Assembly: GCF_009914755.1 (NCBI RefSeq)
Contig: NC_060947.1
Length of the DNA stretch: 64,000 bases
Strand: one strand, 5' to 3'
Origin: the human T2T-CHM13v2.0 reference genome, Homo sapiens
The translations under genes were made by a program, and so were the position numbers. Shown here in pieces: positions 26,476 through 39,861 of the stretch (positions are counted from its first letter, which is position 1; each line of letters opens with the position of its first letter). The notes beneath the pieces were generated by a model, which worked only from the letters and a program-made list of their open reading frames with translations, was not told the DNA's origin and made no database searches.

Positions 26476-28075
26476 TACAAAACAACAATGTCATAGATAA
26501 TTATAGCTTATGGGAAAGTGAAATGAATGACAACAATGTTACAAGGGACAGGAGGAAGGTATTAGAAATATTCTGTTAGAAGGTACTTGCACTACTCATG
26601 AAGGAGTATAGTATTATTTGAAAGTGGAATAAAAATAGTTTTAAGTATATTGTCAACTTAAGCAGCCACAAAACGAATTAAACAAGAAGAATAATTTATA
26701 TGATTGAAAGGAAAGAAAATTGAATCATATAAAATACTCAATTAAAACCAGAGGTGGCAAAAAATAGGAAAAGACAAAATAGAAACAAAGACCCAAGAGC
26801 AACACACAGAAAACAGTTACAAATATAGTACATATTAATCCAATTATTTTAGTAATCACTTTGAATGTGAAGGATCTAAATACACCAAGTAAGAAACAGA
26901 GATTGTCAGAGTTCTTACAAAATAATCCAAGTTCGTGTTGTGTATGAAACCAAATTTAAATATAAAGACAAAATTACATTAACAGTAAAGGGCTAGAGAA
27001 AGTTATACCATAACAAAAGAAAAATGAAATAGCTATATCCATTTTAGACAAAGCAAAATTAAGAACAAAAGAAAAGTATCATTGGATAAAGAAGGGCATT
27101 ACATAATGACAAAGGTGTAATTCTTTAAGAAGTGTTAACAAAATATAAAGACATAACTCTAAGAAGACATAATGCTCCTTAACGTGCATGCATCTCAAAA
27201 TAGAGTACCAAAATAAATAGCTGAGGCAAAAACTGAAAGAACTTTAAGGAAAAATACACTATCCACTCTGATAGTTGAAGACTTTAACACTGCTCTCCCA
27301 GTAATTGTCAGATCCAGCAGGCAGAGAATCAGTAAGAATATAGTTTAACCGATCAGAGCTGAACTAGATATAATTGACATTTATGGATTTCTTTATTCAA
27401 CAATAACAGAATACACATTCTTCTCAAGAATATGTGGAACATTCATCTTGATAGAACTTATTTTAGACTATAAAACACACCTTAAGAAATTTAAACGTAT
27501 AGAAGGCATACAAAGCATGTTTTCAGACAAGAATTGAATTAAACTAAAAATCAGTAACAAAATGCTAAGTGGAAGATCATGAAATAGTTGGAGATTAAAC
27601 AACACACTTCCAAATAACACATGGGTCAAAGATGAAATTTCAAGAGAAATTTAAAAATACTTTAAATATTTTGAAATAAAATTCAATGTATTGAACTATC
27701 CAGTTTTAAGATTAATATATACAGTGTATTACTAACAAAAGAATATATAAGTAGATCAGTAAAATAAAACAGAGCCTAGAAATAAACACATAAAATTAAA
27801 TTCCACTGATTTTTGCCAAAAATGTCAATACAATATAGAAAGTATAGTCTATTCAACAAGTGGTGATCTAAAAAGTAAATAAATTTGGACATAGGTCTTA
27901 CACATTTTCACAAAAATTAACTCAAAATATATTATTAAGATAAATGTAATATGAAAAAGAAACAGCTAAGATGAAGACATAAAATAATATATTGGTAACC
28001 TTGCATTGGTGATGACATTTTAGATGCAATCCATCAAAAATTATTTTAGTTTTACTATATTAAAATAGAAAAACT

Positions 28076-28378
28076 GGCCGGGCGTGGTGGCTCACACCTG
28101 TAATCCCAGCACTTTGGGAGGCCGAGGCGGGTGGATCACGAGGTCAGGAGATCGAGATCGTCCGGGCTAACACGGTGAAACCCTGTCTCTACTAAAATAC
28201 AAAAAATTAGCCGGGCTTGGTTGCAGGCGCCTGTAGTCCCAGCTACTGGGGAGGCTGAGGCAGGAGAATGGCCTGAACCCGGAGGCAGAGCTTGCAGTGA
28301 GCCGAGATCGCGCCACTGCACTCCAGCCTGGGCGACAGAGCGAGCCTCCGTCTCAAAAACAAAACAAAACAAAAAAAA
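28076..28378 (+). mobile_element. AluY
   Basis: ggctaacacggtgaaacc, gagaatggc and gagcttgcagtg diagnostics; (AAAAC)n tail; TSD about aaaaact. Confidence 0.95.
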
Positions 28379-29092
28379 CTGTTCTGTGAGAAACACTAAC
28401 AAGAAAATTTAAAGTTAAGCTACAGAGTGTGAGAAAATATTTTCAAAACACACAAAGGACTGTTATCCACAATATACAAAAATCTCTTAAAACTCAACGA
28501 TAAGAAACACCAAACAAGCCAATTAGAAAATAAGCAAAATAAATGAAAAGATACCTCACCATAAAATAAATACAAATAGCAAATAAACACATGTAAAGAT
28601 GCTCCATATTATGTCATTAGGGAATTGCAAATTAAAACAACTTAAGATACTATGACACCCATTAAATTAACTAAAACCCGAAACACTGACAACACCAAAT
28701 ACTCATGAGTATGTGAAGCAACAGAACTACTCATCCGTTGCTGGTAGGAATGATAAGTGATATGAACACATTGGAAGACATTTTGGCATTTTCTTACTAA
28801 GCTAAATATTTTCTTATTGTATAATCAAGGAATCATATTCCTGGATATTTACTCAAATAAGTGGAAAACATATGGCCACAGAAAAACTTGCACATAAATT
28901 TTTATAGCTGTTTGATTTACAATTGCCAAGAATTGGATGAAACAGAATGTCCTTTAATAGGTGAATGAATAAACAAAATACAGTAGACCCCTATTATTTG
29001 TGGGGAATATGTACCAGGACCCCCCCAGTGGATACCTGAAACAATGAATAGTACTGAACCCAATATATACTGTGCTTTTTTCCTATACACAC

Positions 29093-29514
29093 TGATATTG
29101 TTTGCACATTTGTCCCTCCAAATCTCTTGTTGTAATTTGATTCCCAATGTCGGAGGTGGGGCCTGGTGGGTGGTGATGGGATCATGGGGGTGGGTCCTTC
29201 ATGAATGACTTAGCACCACCCTCTTGGTGATAAGTGAGTTCTCGCTTAGTTAGTTCACACAAGATCTGGTCCTTTAAAAGTCTAGGGCCTCCCCCACATC
29301 TTTGCTCTCTTTCTCCTGCTCTCACCATGTAACATGTCTGCTCCCACTCCATCTTTCACCATGATTATAAGCTTTCTGAGGCCCTCACCAGAAGCAGATG
29401 CCAGCACCATGCATCCTGTACACCCTACAGTACTATGAGCCAATTAAACCTCTTTTCCTTATAAATTATCCAGTCAAGTATTCCTTTATTGTAATGCAGG
29501 AACAGCCTAACACA
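29093..29514 (+). mobile_element. MSTB-like MaLR solo LTR
   Basis: tgatattgtttg...cagcctaacaca; 5-bp TSD cacac/caaac. Confidence 0.88.
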
Positions 29515-29569
29515 CAAACATACATATCATAAAGTTAACTTATAAATTAGGTACAGTAAGAGATTAACA

Positions 29570-31313
29570 ACACATAGATCAATGGAGCAGAATAGAGTAC
29601 TCAGAAATAAAGACACATACCTACAACCAACGGATCTTCCACAAAGTTGACCAAAATAAATAATGGAGACAGGATGCCCTATTCAATAAATGGTGTTGGT
29701 AAAACTGAATAGCTATATGCAGAAGAATGAACTTGGACCCCTATCTCTCACCATGTACAAAAATTAACTCAAGACGGATTAAAGACTTAAATATAAGACT
29801 TGAAACTATACAAATTCTAGGAGAAAATCTAGAAAAAAACACTTCTGGACATTAGTCTAGCCACGTAGTTTATGACTAAGACCTCAAAAGCAAATGCAAC
29901 AAAAACAAAAACAGACAAATGAGGCTTGATTAAACTAAAAAGCTTCTGCACAGCAAAAGAAATAATAAACAGAGTAAGCAGACAATCTACAGAATGAGTA
30001 AAAATATTTGCAAACTATGCATCTGACAAAAGATAAATATCTAGAATCTATAAGAAATTCAAACAAATAAGCAAGTAATAAACAAATAATCACATTAAAA
30101 ATTGGGCAAAAGACATGAACAGACTTTTCTCAAAATAAGATATACAAGTAGTCAACAAGAATATGAAATATTGCTCAACATCACAAATCATCAGAGAAAC
30201 GTAAAAGTAAAACTTCAATGAGATACCACCTAATACCAATCAGAATGGCTATTACTAAACAGTCAAAAAATAATTGTTGGTGAGAATATAGAGAAAAGGG
30301 AATTCTTATACAGTTTTTGATTATATAAATTAGTACATCTATAAAAAAATAGTATGGAGATTTCTCAAATAACTAAAAATAGAGCTATCATTTGATCTAA
30401 TCATTTAACTATCAAACTACTGAGTATCTACCTGATATGGTTTGGCTGCGTCCCCACCCAAATCTCATCTTGAATTATAGCTCCCATAATTCCCACGTGT
30501 CATGAAAGGGACCCAGTGGGAGGTAATTGAATCATGGGGGCAGGTCTTTCTTGTGCTGTTCTTGTGGCAGTGAATAAGTCTCATGAGATCTGATGGTTTT
30601 ATAAAGGGGAGTTCCCCTACACAAGCTCTCTTGCCTGCCACCATGTAAGATGTAACTTTCCTCCTCATTCACCTTCAACTATGACTGTGAGGACTCCCCA
30701 TCCATGTGAAACTGTGAGTCCAGTCCATTAAACCTCTTTTTTTTTTTTTTAAATAAATTACGCAGTCTTGGGTATGTCTTTATTAGCAGTGTGAGAACAG
30801 ACTAATACATTCCCCAAAGGAAAATAAGTCATTCTACCAAAAGGACACACACACACTCATATGTTTACTGCCGAACTATTCAGAATAGCAGTCATGGAAT
30901 CGAACTAAGCACCCATCAATGGATGGTTGAATAAAGAAAATGTTGTATATACTCACCATGGAAAACTATTCAGCCATAAAAGAGAATGGAATCATGTCTT
31001 TTGCAGCAACATGGACGCAGCTGGAGACCATTATTCTATGTGAAATAACTCAGAGACAGAAAATCAAATACTGCATGTTTTCTAAGTGGGAGCTAAACAT
31101 TGAATATACATGGACATAAAAATGGAAATAATAGACACTAGAGACTCCAAAAGTGGGGAGGTAAGATGGGGGTGAGAGTTGAAAAATTACCTATTGGGTA
31201 CAATGTTAACTGTTTGGGTGATGGGTACACTAGAAGCCCAAACCTCATCGTTGTGTAATATATCCATGTAAGAAATCTGCACATGTACCCCATAAATCTA
31301 TAATAAAAATAAA
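29570..31313 (+). mobile_element. L1PREC2/L1PA17-like 3' portion
   Basis: ORF2 C-terminal remnant and 3'UTR gagactccaaaagtggggag...cacatgtaccccataaatct. Confidence 0.8.
30433..30809 (+). mobile_element. THE1C-like solo LTR
   Basis: tgatatggtttggctgcgtccccacccaaatctcatc...gaacagactaataca. Confidence 0.92.
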
Positions 31314-32586
31314 TTAAAATAGAACAATTATAACAATATACTATAATAAGGATTATGTGAATGTGTTCTTCCTCTGTTTCTCTCTCTCTCTCAGAATATC
31401 TTATTGTAGTGTAATTGCCTTCTTTTTCTTGTGATATATCACACTGATAACCAAGATGGCTACTAAGTGACTGAAGGGTACGTAGTATATATATATAGTG
31501 TGGCTACCCTGGAAAACAAGGATGGCCACGAGATTTCATCACATTACTCATAATGACATGCAACTCAATATTTTTAGACCATGGTTGAGCATAGGCAACT
31601 AAAACCACAGAAAGCAAAGCTGTAGATAAGAGAACTGGTGTATAGTACATCTGTATAACTGAATATTGCTGAGCACTAAAAATATGAGCTATTAAGGCAC
31701 ACAGAGACATAATGAACCTTAAATGCATATTGCTAAATAAAAGAAACTAGTCTCAAAAGGATACATCCTTTAAGATTCCAACTGTATTACATACTGGGCA
31801 AGGTAAAACCATAGTAATGATAAAAAGATTATTGGTTGCTAAGGGTTTATGGGGAGGGGCAAGGGATAAATAGGTGGAGCACGGGACAGTTTTAAGGTGG
31901 TGAAACTATACTCAATGATCCCATGATGATGAATACAAGGCATAATACATTTGTCAAAACTCATAGGGCTGTACAACTCAAAGAGTGAACATTAATTCAA
32001 ACTATGGACTTTAGTTAAAAATAAGGTATTCATATCAGTTCATCAATTGTGGTAAATGTTTTATCCTAACATAGGATGTTAATAAAAGGGGGAATTCTGT
32101 AGTAAAAAAGAGGTATATAGAAACTACTTATAATACCTCTTTCAATTTTTCTGTAAACTTAACGCTACTCTGGAAAATAAAGTCTACGAATACAAAATCA
32201 CTTAAACACAAGACACCTTTTTAAAAATAAATTATTGACTGAGAGATATCAGTGGGAATTTCATGGAAATCAGACATGATTATTATTAATCACCTGTCTA
32301 TGCCAGGAAATATTTTCTCTAGTGCTCTATCTAAATCCCAGTGACTTTAAAAAAAATACTGAGACCTTTCAGTTTAATAGATATTTATACGGCACTTACT
32401 GCTTTAACCCTGAAGGACTAAAAAGAGAGCTAACAAAATACACAATTAAAAGAAAAAAAAACAACAAAGCTATGTTATGATTTTGAAAGATACGTGGGGC
32501 ATGAGTAAAGGAGTAGGTGGAGGACTGACAATGCTATGTAAACAAAAGTAAGAATGCCAACATTGCTCAGAATTACCATAGACATC

Positions 32587-32667
32587 CACACACACGCACA
32601 CAGAGAGAGAGAGAGAAAGAGAGAGAGCAAGAGAGAGTGAGAGAGAGAGAGAGAGAGAGAAAGAGAG
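32587..32667. repeat. (CA)n(GA)n compound microsatellite
   Basis: Read directly. Confidence 0.92.
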
Positions 32668-33739
32668 TGATCACTAAAGTGATGATCACTTTGATCACCA
32701 CTAAATAATATTAACTACTAAGCCTGATCTTCAAAGTCTAAGAATATAGCCTGCATTTACCCAGGCAGAGATTCTATTTTCCTTAAAATGATTTTAAATA
32801 GTTTTTAGCTTATTGCAATAACCTAGCCTTCATATTTAAATTAGTTGCATTAGGAAGCTATTTGTCTTGCAAACAAAGCTGCATTTATAGCTTTAGGTTC
32901 ATTTCACAGTACCCATCATTTGCCCATCTGTCCTTCTACTTGTACTCAAATTACAACATAACTTTTACAGGGTATTCTTGTTTTGTTCTTATTTTCTTTA
33001 ATTTTTAAGTTGGAGAGAAGGGTAATAACATAACCTAACAGGGAAGTATATTAATCCTAAAGAAGAAAAATTAAGGTATTTAGATATCAAAAAAATAAAT
33101 AGAAATTCAAGAGAATCACAGCTATTCAAAAAATAGTCTTCAAGTAAGAAAAACTAAAGCAAGAATTTAAAAAGCAATAGAAAAATAAGAATTTAAAAAG
33201 CAACGTCATATGTGGTATCATGTAAAACACATATACACTTTTGGTAAATATTTTTTGTAAATATTTTGTAAATACTAGTCAAATATGACAAATTTTCAAT
33301 AATTACAAAAAGTGTGTGTGCATATGTGCTTATTTTTTTCTTTAACCCATCAAAGATTTGGCAAACATTAGAACTTTTAGGACAACATCAGAGTAAACCT
33401 GGAGCCCAGTGTGGAAGCAGAACCCCAGAGTACTACAGCCACATTCTTTATAGCAGATTTATGAAAATGTAATTCATATGCCATGCAAGTTACCCATTTA
33501 AAGTATACAGTTCAATGGTTTTTAATATGTCCACTGTTTTTGCACTACATGCAAGTATGGAAAAGGTTTTCTTGTTGATAAATGGAGCTGACCATCACAT
33601 ATATTTGGATACCGAGTTAGGATGATGATTCAGGAAATCTCAATGTATTCACTTGCTAAGATGTTCCTAGACTAACATTGTTTTCAGACATCTGAAAAAC
33701 AGAAACACAAAACATTTCTGGGGCAGTTGGCTTCACCAT

Positions 33740-34027
33740 TAACCAGCTACGGTGGCCTTGGGTTCATGAAAAACCTCAGTGATGGGCAGGACTCAGCGAT
33801 TATGGGCTTCAGACATGCCTTTGTGCTTCAGCAGCTTCAGTGGCTATGGGACTCAAGCCTGGTACCACACTAGCTTCAGTGATTCCAAACTGCAGTGACC
33901 ACAGAGGTCCCTTGAAAGATTGTTGAAGGATGTTCTCAAAGCCAGTCTGTGAAGACTGAAAGAAGTGCATACTTCTTCAAATGTTCAGATATCTACATAT
34001 GGCTACAAGAATGAAGAACAATGAGGG
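33740..34027 (+). mobile_element. Old L1 5'UTR/ORF1-start fragment (L1M2/M3-like)
   Basis: gccagtctgtgaagactgaaagaagtg...cttcttcaaatgttcaga resembles an L1M ORF1 start. Confidence 0.55.
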
Positions 34028-34420
34028 AGTTGATCTCATAGAAGTAAAGAGAAGAATAGTGGTTACCAGAGGCTGGGGTGGTTGCCGGAAGGGGAGGCTG
34101 GAGAAGATATTGGTCAAATAAAACATATTTATACCTAGATAGCAGGAATAAGTTCAGGAGATCTACAGTACAGCATATAGTAAATGATGATATATTCTAT
34201 CCTTGAAAAATGCTGAGAGTGAATGTTAAATATTTCCACCACAAAATTATAATTTTGTGAGGTAGTGCATTTGTTAATTAGCTATATTTAACCATTTCAC
34301 AATGTGTGTGTACATATATGTATTTCAAAACATCATGTTGTACACAATAAGTACATATAATTCATGTCAATTTAAAAGAAATAAATTTGAGAAAAAAGAA
34401 ATAAATAAATTTGAGAAAAA
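34028..34420 (+). mobile_element. L1MA5-7-like 3' end
   Basis: agttgatctcatagaagta...gtggttaccagaggctgg...catcatgttgtacacaata. Confidence 0.8.
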
Positions 34421-34429
34421 AATGATCAC

Positions 34430-35870
<1,441 letters not shown>

Positions 35871-35874
35871 TGTT

Positions 35875-36156
35875 TTTAAAAGTTCAGGATTGTTGCGGAA
35901 CACAAGATCAGCATACAAAAATGAGTTGCTTACCTAGACACTAGCTATGAACAATTCTCAAATGAAATTAGGAAAACAAGTCCAATCACAATAACATAAG
36001 AAAAATATATAAAAATATAATGTACACTATTGGGGTGATGGATGCAATAAAAGCCCATACTTCACCACTATACAACTCATCTACGTAGCCAAAAATCACT
36101 TGTACCCCTAAAGCTATTGAAATTTTAAAAAAATTACAAAGCACCTGCAACTAATC

Positions 36157-36187
<31 letters not shown>

Positions 36188-38458
36188 AATAAATGACCTA
36201 AGTAAAGATCCTTGCATTGAAAACAAGAAAACATTCTTGAAATAATTAAGGGCCCAAATATATGGAAAGATACTCCGTGTGTGTAATTCAAAGACTCAAT
36301 ATTGTTGAATGGCGATGCTCCCAAAAGGTATCTGCGGATTCAATACAATCACTACTGAAATTCCAACTGCCCTAATTGTACATTTTAAAATAACTAAAAG
36401 AGTATAATTGGATTATTACTATCACAAACGATAAATGCTTGAGGGGATGAATACCCCATTTTCTATGATGTGATTGGTACACATTGCATGCCTGTATCAA
36501 AATATCTCATTCACCTCATATGTATATACATCTACTATGTACCCATAAAAGTTTTTTAAAAATAAAGAATTGTATACAACACATGCATATATCCAGCAAT
36601 GAGTATAATTAATGCTTCATAGATCTGGCATGCAAATTGTCATTCTAAATTTGAGTCAAGTATAAAAAATTTCAGAAGAAAAATAGTTCCCCCAAGAAAC
36701 CTATCCAAATCTGTGAAATATTTCTGTAGTCCACCAAATCACCCTTTAGCTTACAGACGTGTCTACAAATATTATGAAACTCACTGATGAGACTTTATAA
36801 TCAATTGTTACATGTTAGAAAATATGATGTCAGGATACCACGACGAAAGATAATACTATATACAATGATTAGAACTATTTATCTGATTTTTTTAACATTA
36901 ACATGTAAAAATGTCCTGATGGATCTCAAATAGTGATGTACTAAATGCTATAATGCCTGGGGTTTGCTTCAAAGCAACATGGCAATATAGTGAGAAAATG
37001 ACTGGCCATCAGTTAGGCATTATGCAGGCTGAGTGATGAGTACATGGGAGTTCATTATAGTAATCTATCTACTTTCATGTATTTAAGATTTTTTAATAAT
37101 AAAAAAATTTTTTAAATTAAAAATAAAAATTTGACCTATTTTCAGAAATAAATAAACTGAATTAAATTAAAATGCATGTGAAAATTCAAAGGATCTCATG
37201 TAGCCAAAAGAAGCTTGAAGAACAAAGTTGAAAAACTCATACTTTTCTATTTCAAAATTTACAATCCAGCTATAGTAAATCAAAACATTGTGGTATTGGC
37301 ATAAGTTTGGATATTTGGGTCACTTAAGTAGAATTTTGAATCCAAACATAAACCCTCACTTTTTACACCTGATTTTTACAAAGATTCTTAGACACTTCAA
37401 TAGGGAAGGAAATGTTTTTTCAACACACGACACAGAAATAAATGGATATCTGCATCCAAAATAATTATTTTGGACTTCTACTTTATACCATATTTAAAAA
37501 TTATCTCAAAGTGGATCAAAGACACAAATGTAAAAGCTAAAACTATGAAACTTTTAGAATTCAGCATAAGCATAAATCATTTTGACCATGAATTAGGCAG
37601 TGGTTTCTTAGATGTGGCATCAACCACATAAGAAATAAACTGATACATTTGATTTCATCAAAATTAAAAACTTACGTGCTTTAAAAGAAATTAGAAAAGT
37701 GAAAAGACAACCCATAGAAGGGTGAAAAATGTATTCAATTTTTATCTGCTAAGAGTTTATTATCTAGAATTTAAAATAATTCTCACAAATCAGCAGTAAA
37801 AAGAAAAAAACAATTTTTTAAATGAGAATAGGTATTTCACTCAATAAGACATACAAATAGCTAATAAGCACATTAAAAGATACTCAATATCATTATAATT
37901 AGGGAAATGCAAATCACAATGGCAATAAGATACCACCTCACTCCCGTTAGGCTGGCTATGTTTAAAAATAAATAACAATAATGAAAAAGCACAAGTGTTG
38001 GTGAGGATGTAGAGAAATGAGAACTCTCATACATGGGAAAGAAAATGGTACAGGTTCTGTGGAAAATAGCTTGGCAATTTCTCAAAATGTTTAGCTAGAT
38101 TTATCATAAGAATCATAAATTACACTCCTAAGCATATACCCCAGAGAAATGAGAACAAGTGTTCACATAAAAACTTGTACAGAAATGCTCATAATAGCAC
38201 TATACATAATCTACAAAAACTGTATACAAGTCATGAATGGATAAACAAATAGTCATCTATCTATACAATGGAAATTATTCAGGCATAAAAAAGAATAAAG
38301 TACTAAAATATGCTACCACACTAGCGAACCTTGAAAGTAATATGCAAAGTAACAGAAGCTAGATTTAATAGGCCATTTATTTTGTCTTTTCACTTATTTA
38401 AAATGGCCAGAATAGGCAAGTCCATAAAGGTAAAGGGTCAATTAATTAGTGGTAGCCA
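35875..38458 (+). mobile_element. L1MB-type ORF2 and partial 3'UTR with several inserts
   Basis: ORF2 remnants at 35875-36000, 36190-36372 and 37140-38458; inserts are an L1PB4 tail (about 36020-36130), (GA)n and 36373-37135. Confidence 0.75.
36373..36565 (+). mobile_element. L1MA1/2-like 3' end
   Basis: taattgtacattttaaaataactaaaagagtataattggatt...ctactatgtacccataaaa. Confidence 0.85.
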
Positions 38459-38918
38459 TGAAGAAAAAACAGCGTACCCTATTCCTTTAAAAGCCAGGGT
38501 AAATTTCTGTCTACCCAGCCAAGGCATATTCTTCTTATGTGGAACTTCAACCAATATCTGCCTCTCAGACAGTTTGCAAGAAATAACAAAATCTATCCTT
38601 ACTTTACATTCCCAAACAGACTCTTTGGCAGCAGTGACTCTCCAAAACTGCCGAGGCCTAGACCTCCTCACTGCTGAGAAAGGAGGACTCTGCACCTTTT
38701 TAGGGCAAGAGTATTGTTTTTACACTAACTAGTCAGGGATAGTACGAGATGCCACCCAGTGTTTACAGGAAAAGGCTTCTGAAATAAGACAACGCCTTTC
38801 AAACTCTTATACCAACCTCTGGAGTTGGGCAACATGGCTTCTCCCCTTTCTGTGTCCTGTGGCAGCCATCTTGCTGTTACTCTCCTTTGGGCCCTGTATT
38901 TTTAACCTGCTTGTCAAA
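38459..38918 (+). pseudogene. Class I ERV remnant: short pol-like piece plus deleted env (SU end and TM), HERV30/HERV9/HERV-W-like
   Basis: Frame contains the immunosuppressive domain LQNCRGLDLLTAEKGGLC and a degenerate CX6CC (CTFLGQEYC). After one TAG (38730-38732) it continues SGIVRDATQCLQEKASEIRQRLSNSYTNLWSWATWLLPFLCPVAAILLLLSFGPCIFNLLVK. Confidence 0.9.
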
Positions 38919-39054
38919 GTAAAGACAGGTGTAAGAAATTATAAAAGTATTAATTTTGGGAACTGATATATGTCCATGAAATCTTCAAGATTTATGTTCC
39001 TCTGCCATGGCTCCAGCTGGTCCCTCCATTCGGGGTCCCTGACCTCCTGCAACA
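38918..39054 (-). mobile_element. MER11 (HERV-K HML-8 LTR) 5' 137 bp
   Basis: Reverse complement tgttgcaggaggtcagggaccccgaatggagggaccagctggagccatggcagaggaacataaa matches the MER11 start. Confidence 0.88.
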
Positions 39055-39861
39055 ATGGAAATTTAAAAATTCTTCAAACTGAAGGAAAATAATGACACAA
39101 CCTACCAAAACATCTGGAATACAGGTAAGGTGGTGCTAAGATGAAAGTTCATAGCCCTAAACACCTACATCAAAAAGACTAAAAGAGCACAAAATGACAT
39201 TCTAAGGTCACATCTCAAGGAACTAGAGAAACAAGAACAAACCAAATCTAAACCCAGCAGAAGAAAGGAAATAACCAAGATCAGAGCAGAAGTAAATGAA
39301 ATTGAAAAAAAAAAGATAAATGAACCAGCTTTTTGCTGGTTCTTTGAAAAGATGAAGAATATTGATAGACCATTAGCAATATTAACCAAGAAGAGAGAAA
39401 ATCCAAATAACCTCACTAAGAAACAAAACAGTAGATATTACAACTGACACCACCGAAATACAAAAGATCATTCAAGGCTGCTATGAACACCTTCACACAT
39501 ATAAACTAGAAAACCTAGAAGAGATGGATAAATTTCTGGAAAAATATAACCCTCCTAGCTTAAATCAGAAAGAATTAGATACCCTGAACAGACCAGTAAC
39601 AATCAGTGAGATTGAAATGGTAATTTAAAAATTACCAACAAACAAAAAGTTCAGGACCAGATGGATTCACAGCAGAATTCTGCAAAACATTCAAAGAAGA
39701 ATTGGTACCAATCCTTTTGACACTATATCATAAGATAGAGAATGAAGGAACCCAACCTAATTAATTATATGAAGCCAGCATCACCCTAATACCAAAATCA
39801 AAAGAACATAATGAAAGAAGAAAACTACTGACCAATATCCTTGATGAAAATAGATGCTAAA

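Larger units (their letters stand above)
28981..31640 (-). mobile_element. MER44 (Tigger7 derivative), split by nested insertions
   Basis: Ends cagtagacccctattat... and ...gataagagaactggtg, each flanked by TA; internal pieces at 29515-29570 and 31315-31640. Confidence 0.8.
26480..32195 (+). mobile_element. Second L1MC-type element hosting AluY and MER44
   Basis: ORF1-ORF2 spacer and endonuclease remnant (26480-27680), ORF2 C-terminus, and 3'UTR resuming at 31643. Confidence 0.75.

Noticed and set aside
32668-32702. Palindromic gtgatcac / aaagtgatgatcacttt cluster
   Set aside because: Short, adjacent to a microsatellite, with no supporting context.
38331-38732. 133-aa ORF as a functional syncytin-like or captured env gene
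   Set aside because: Non-ATG start inside L1, no signal peptide, furin site or fusion peptide, mutated CX6CC and a premature stop before the membrane anchor.
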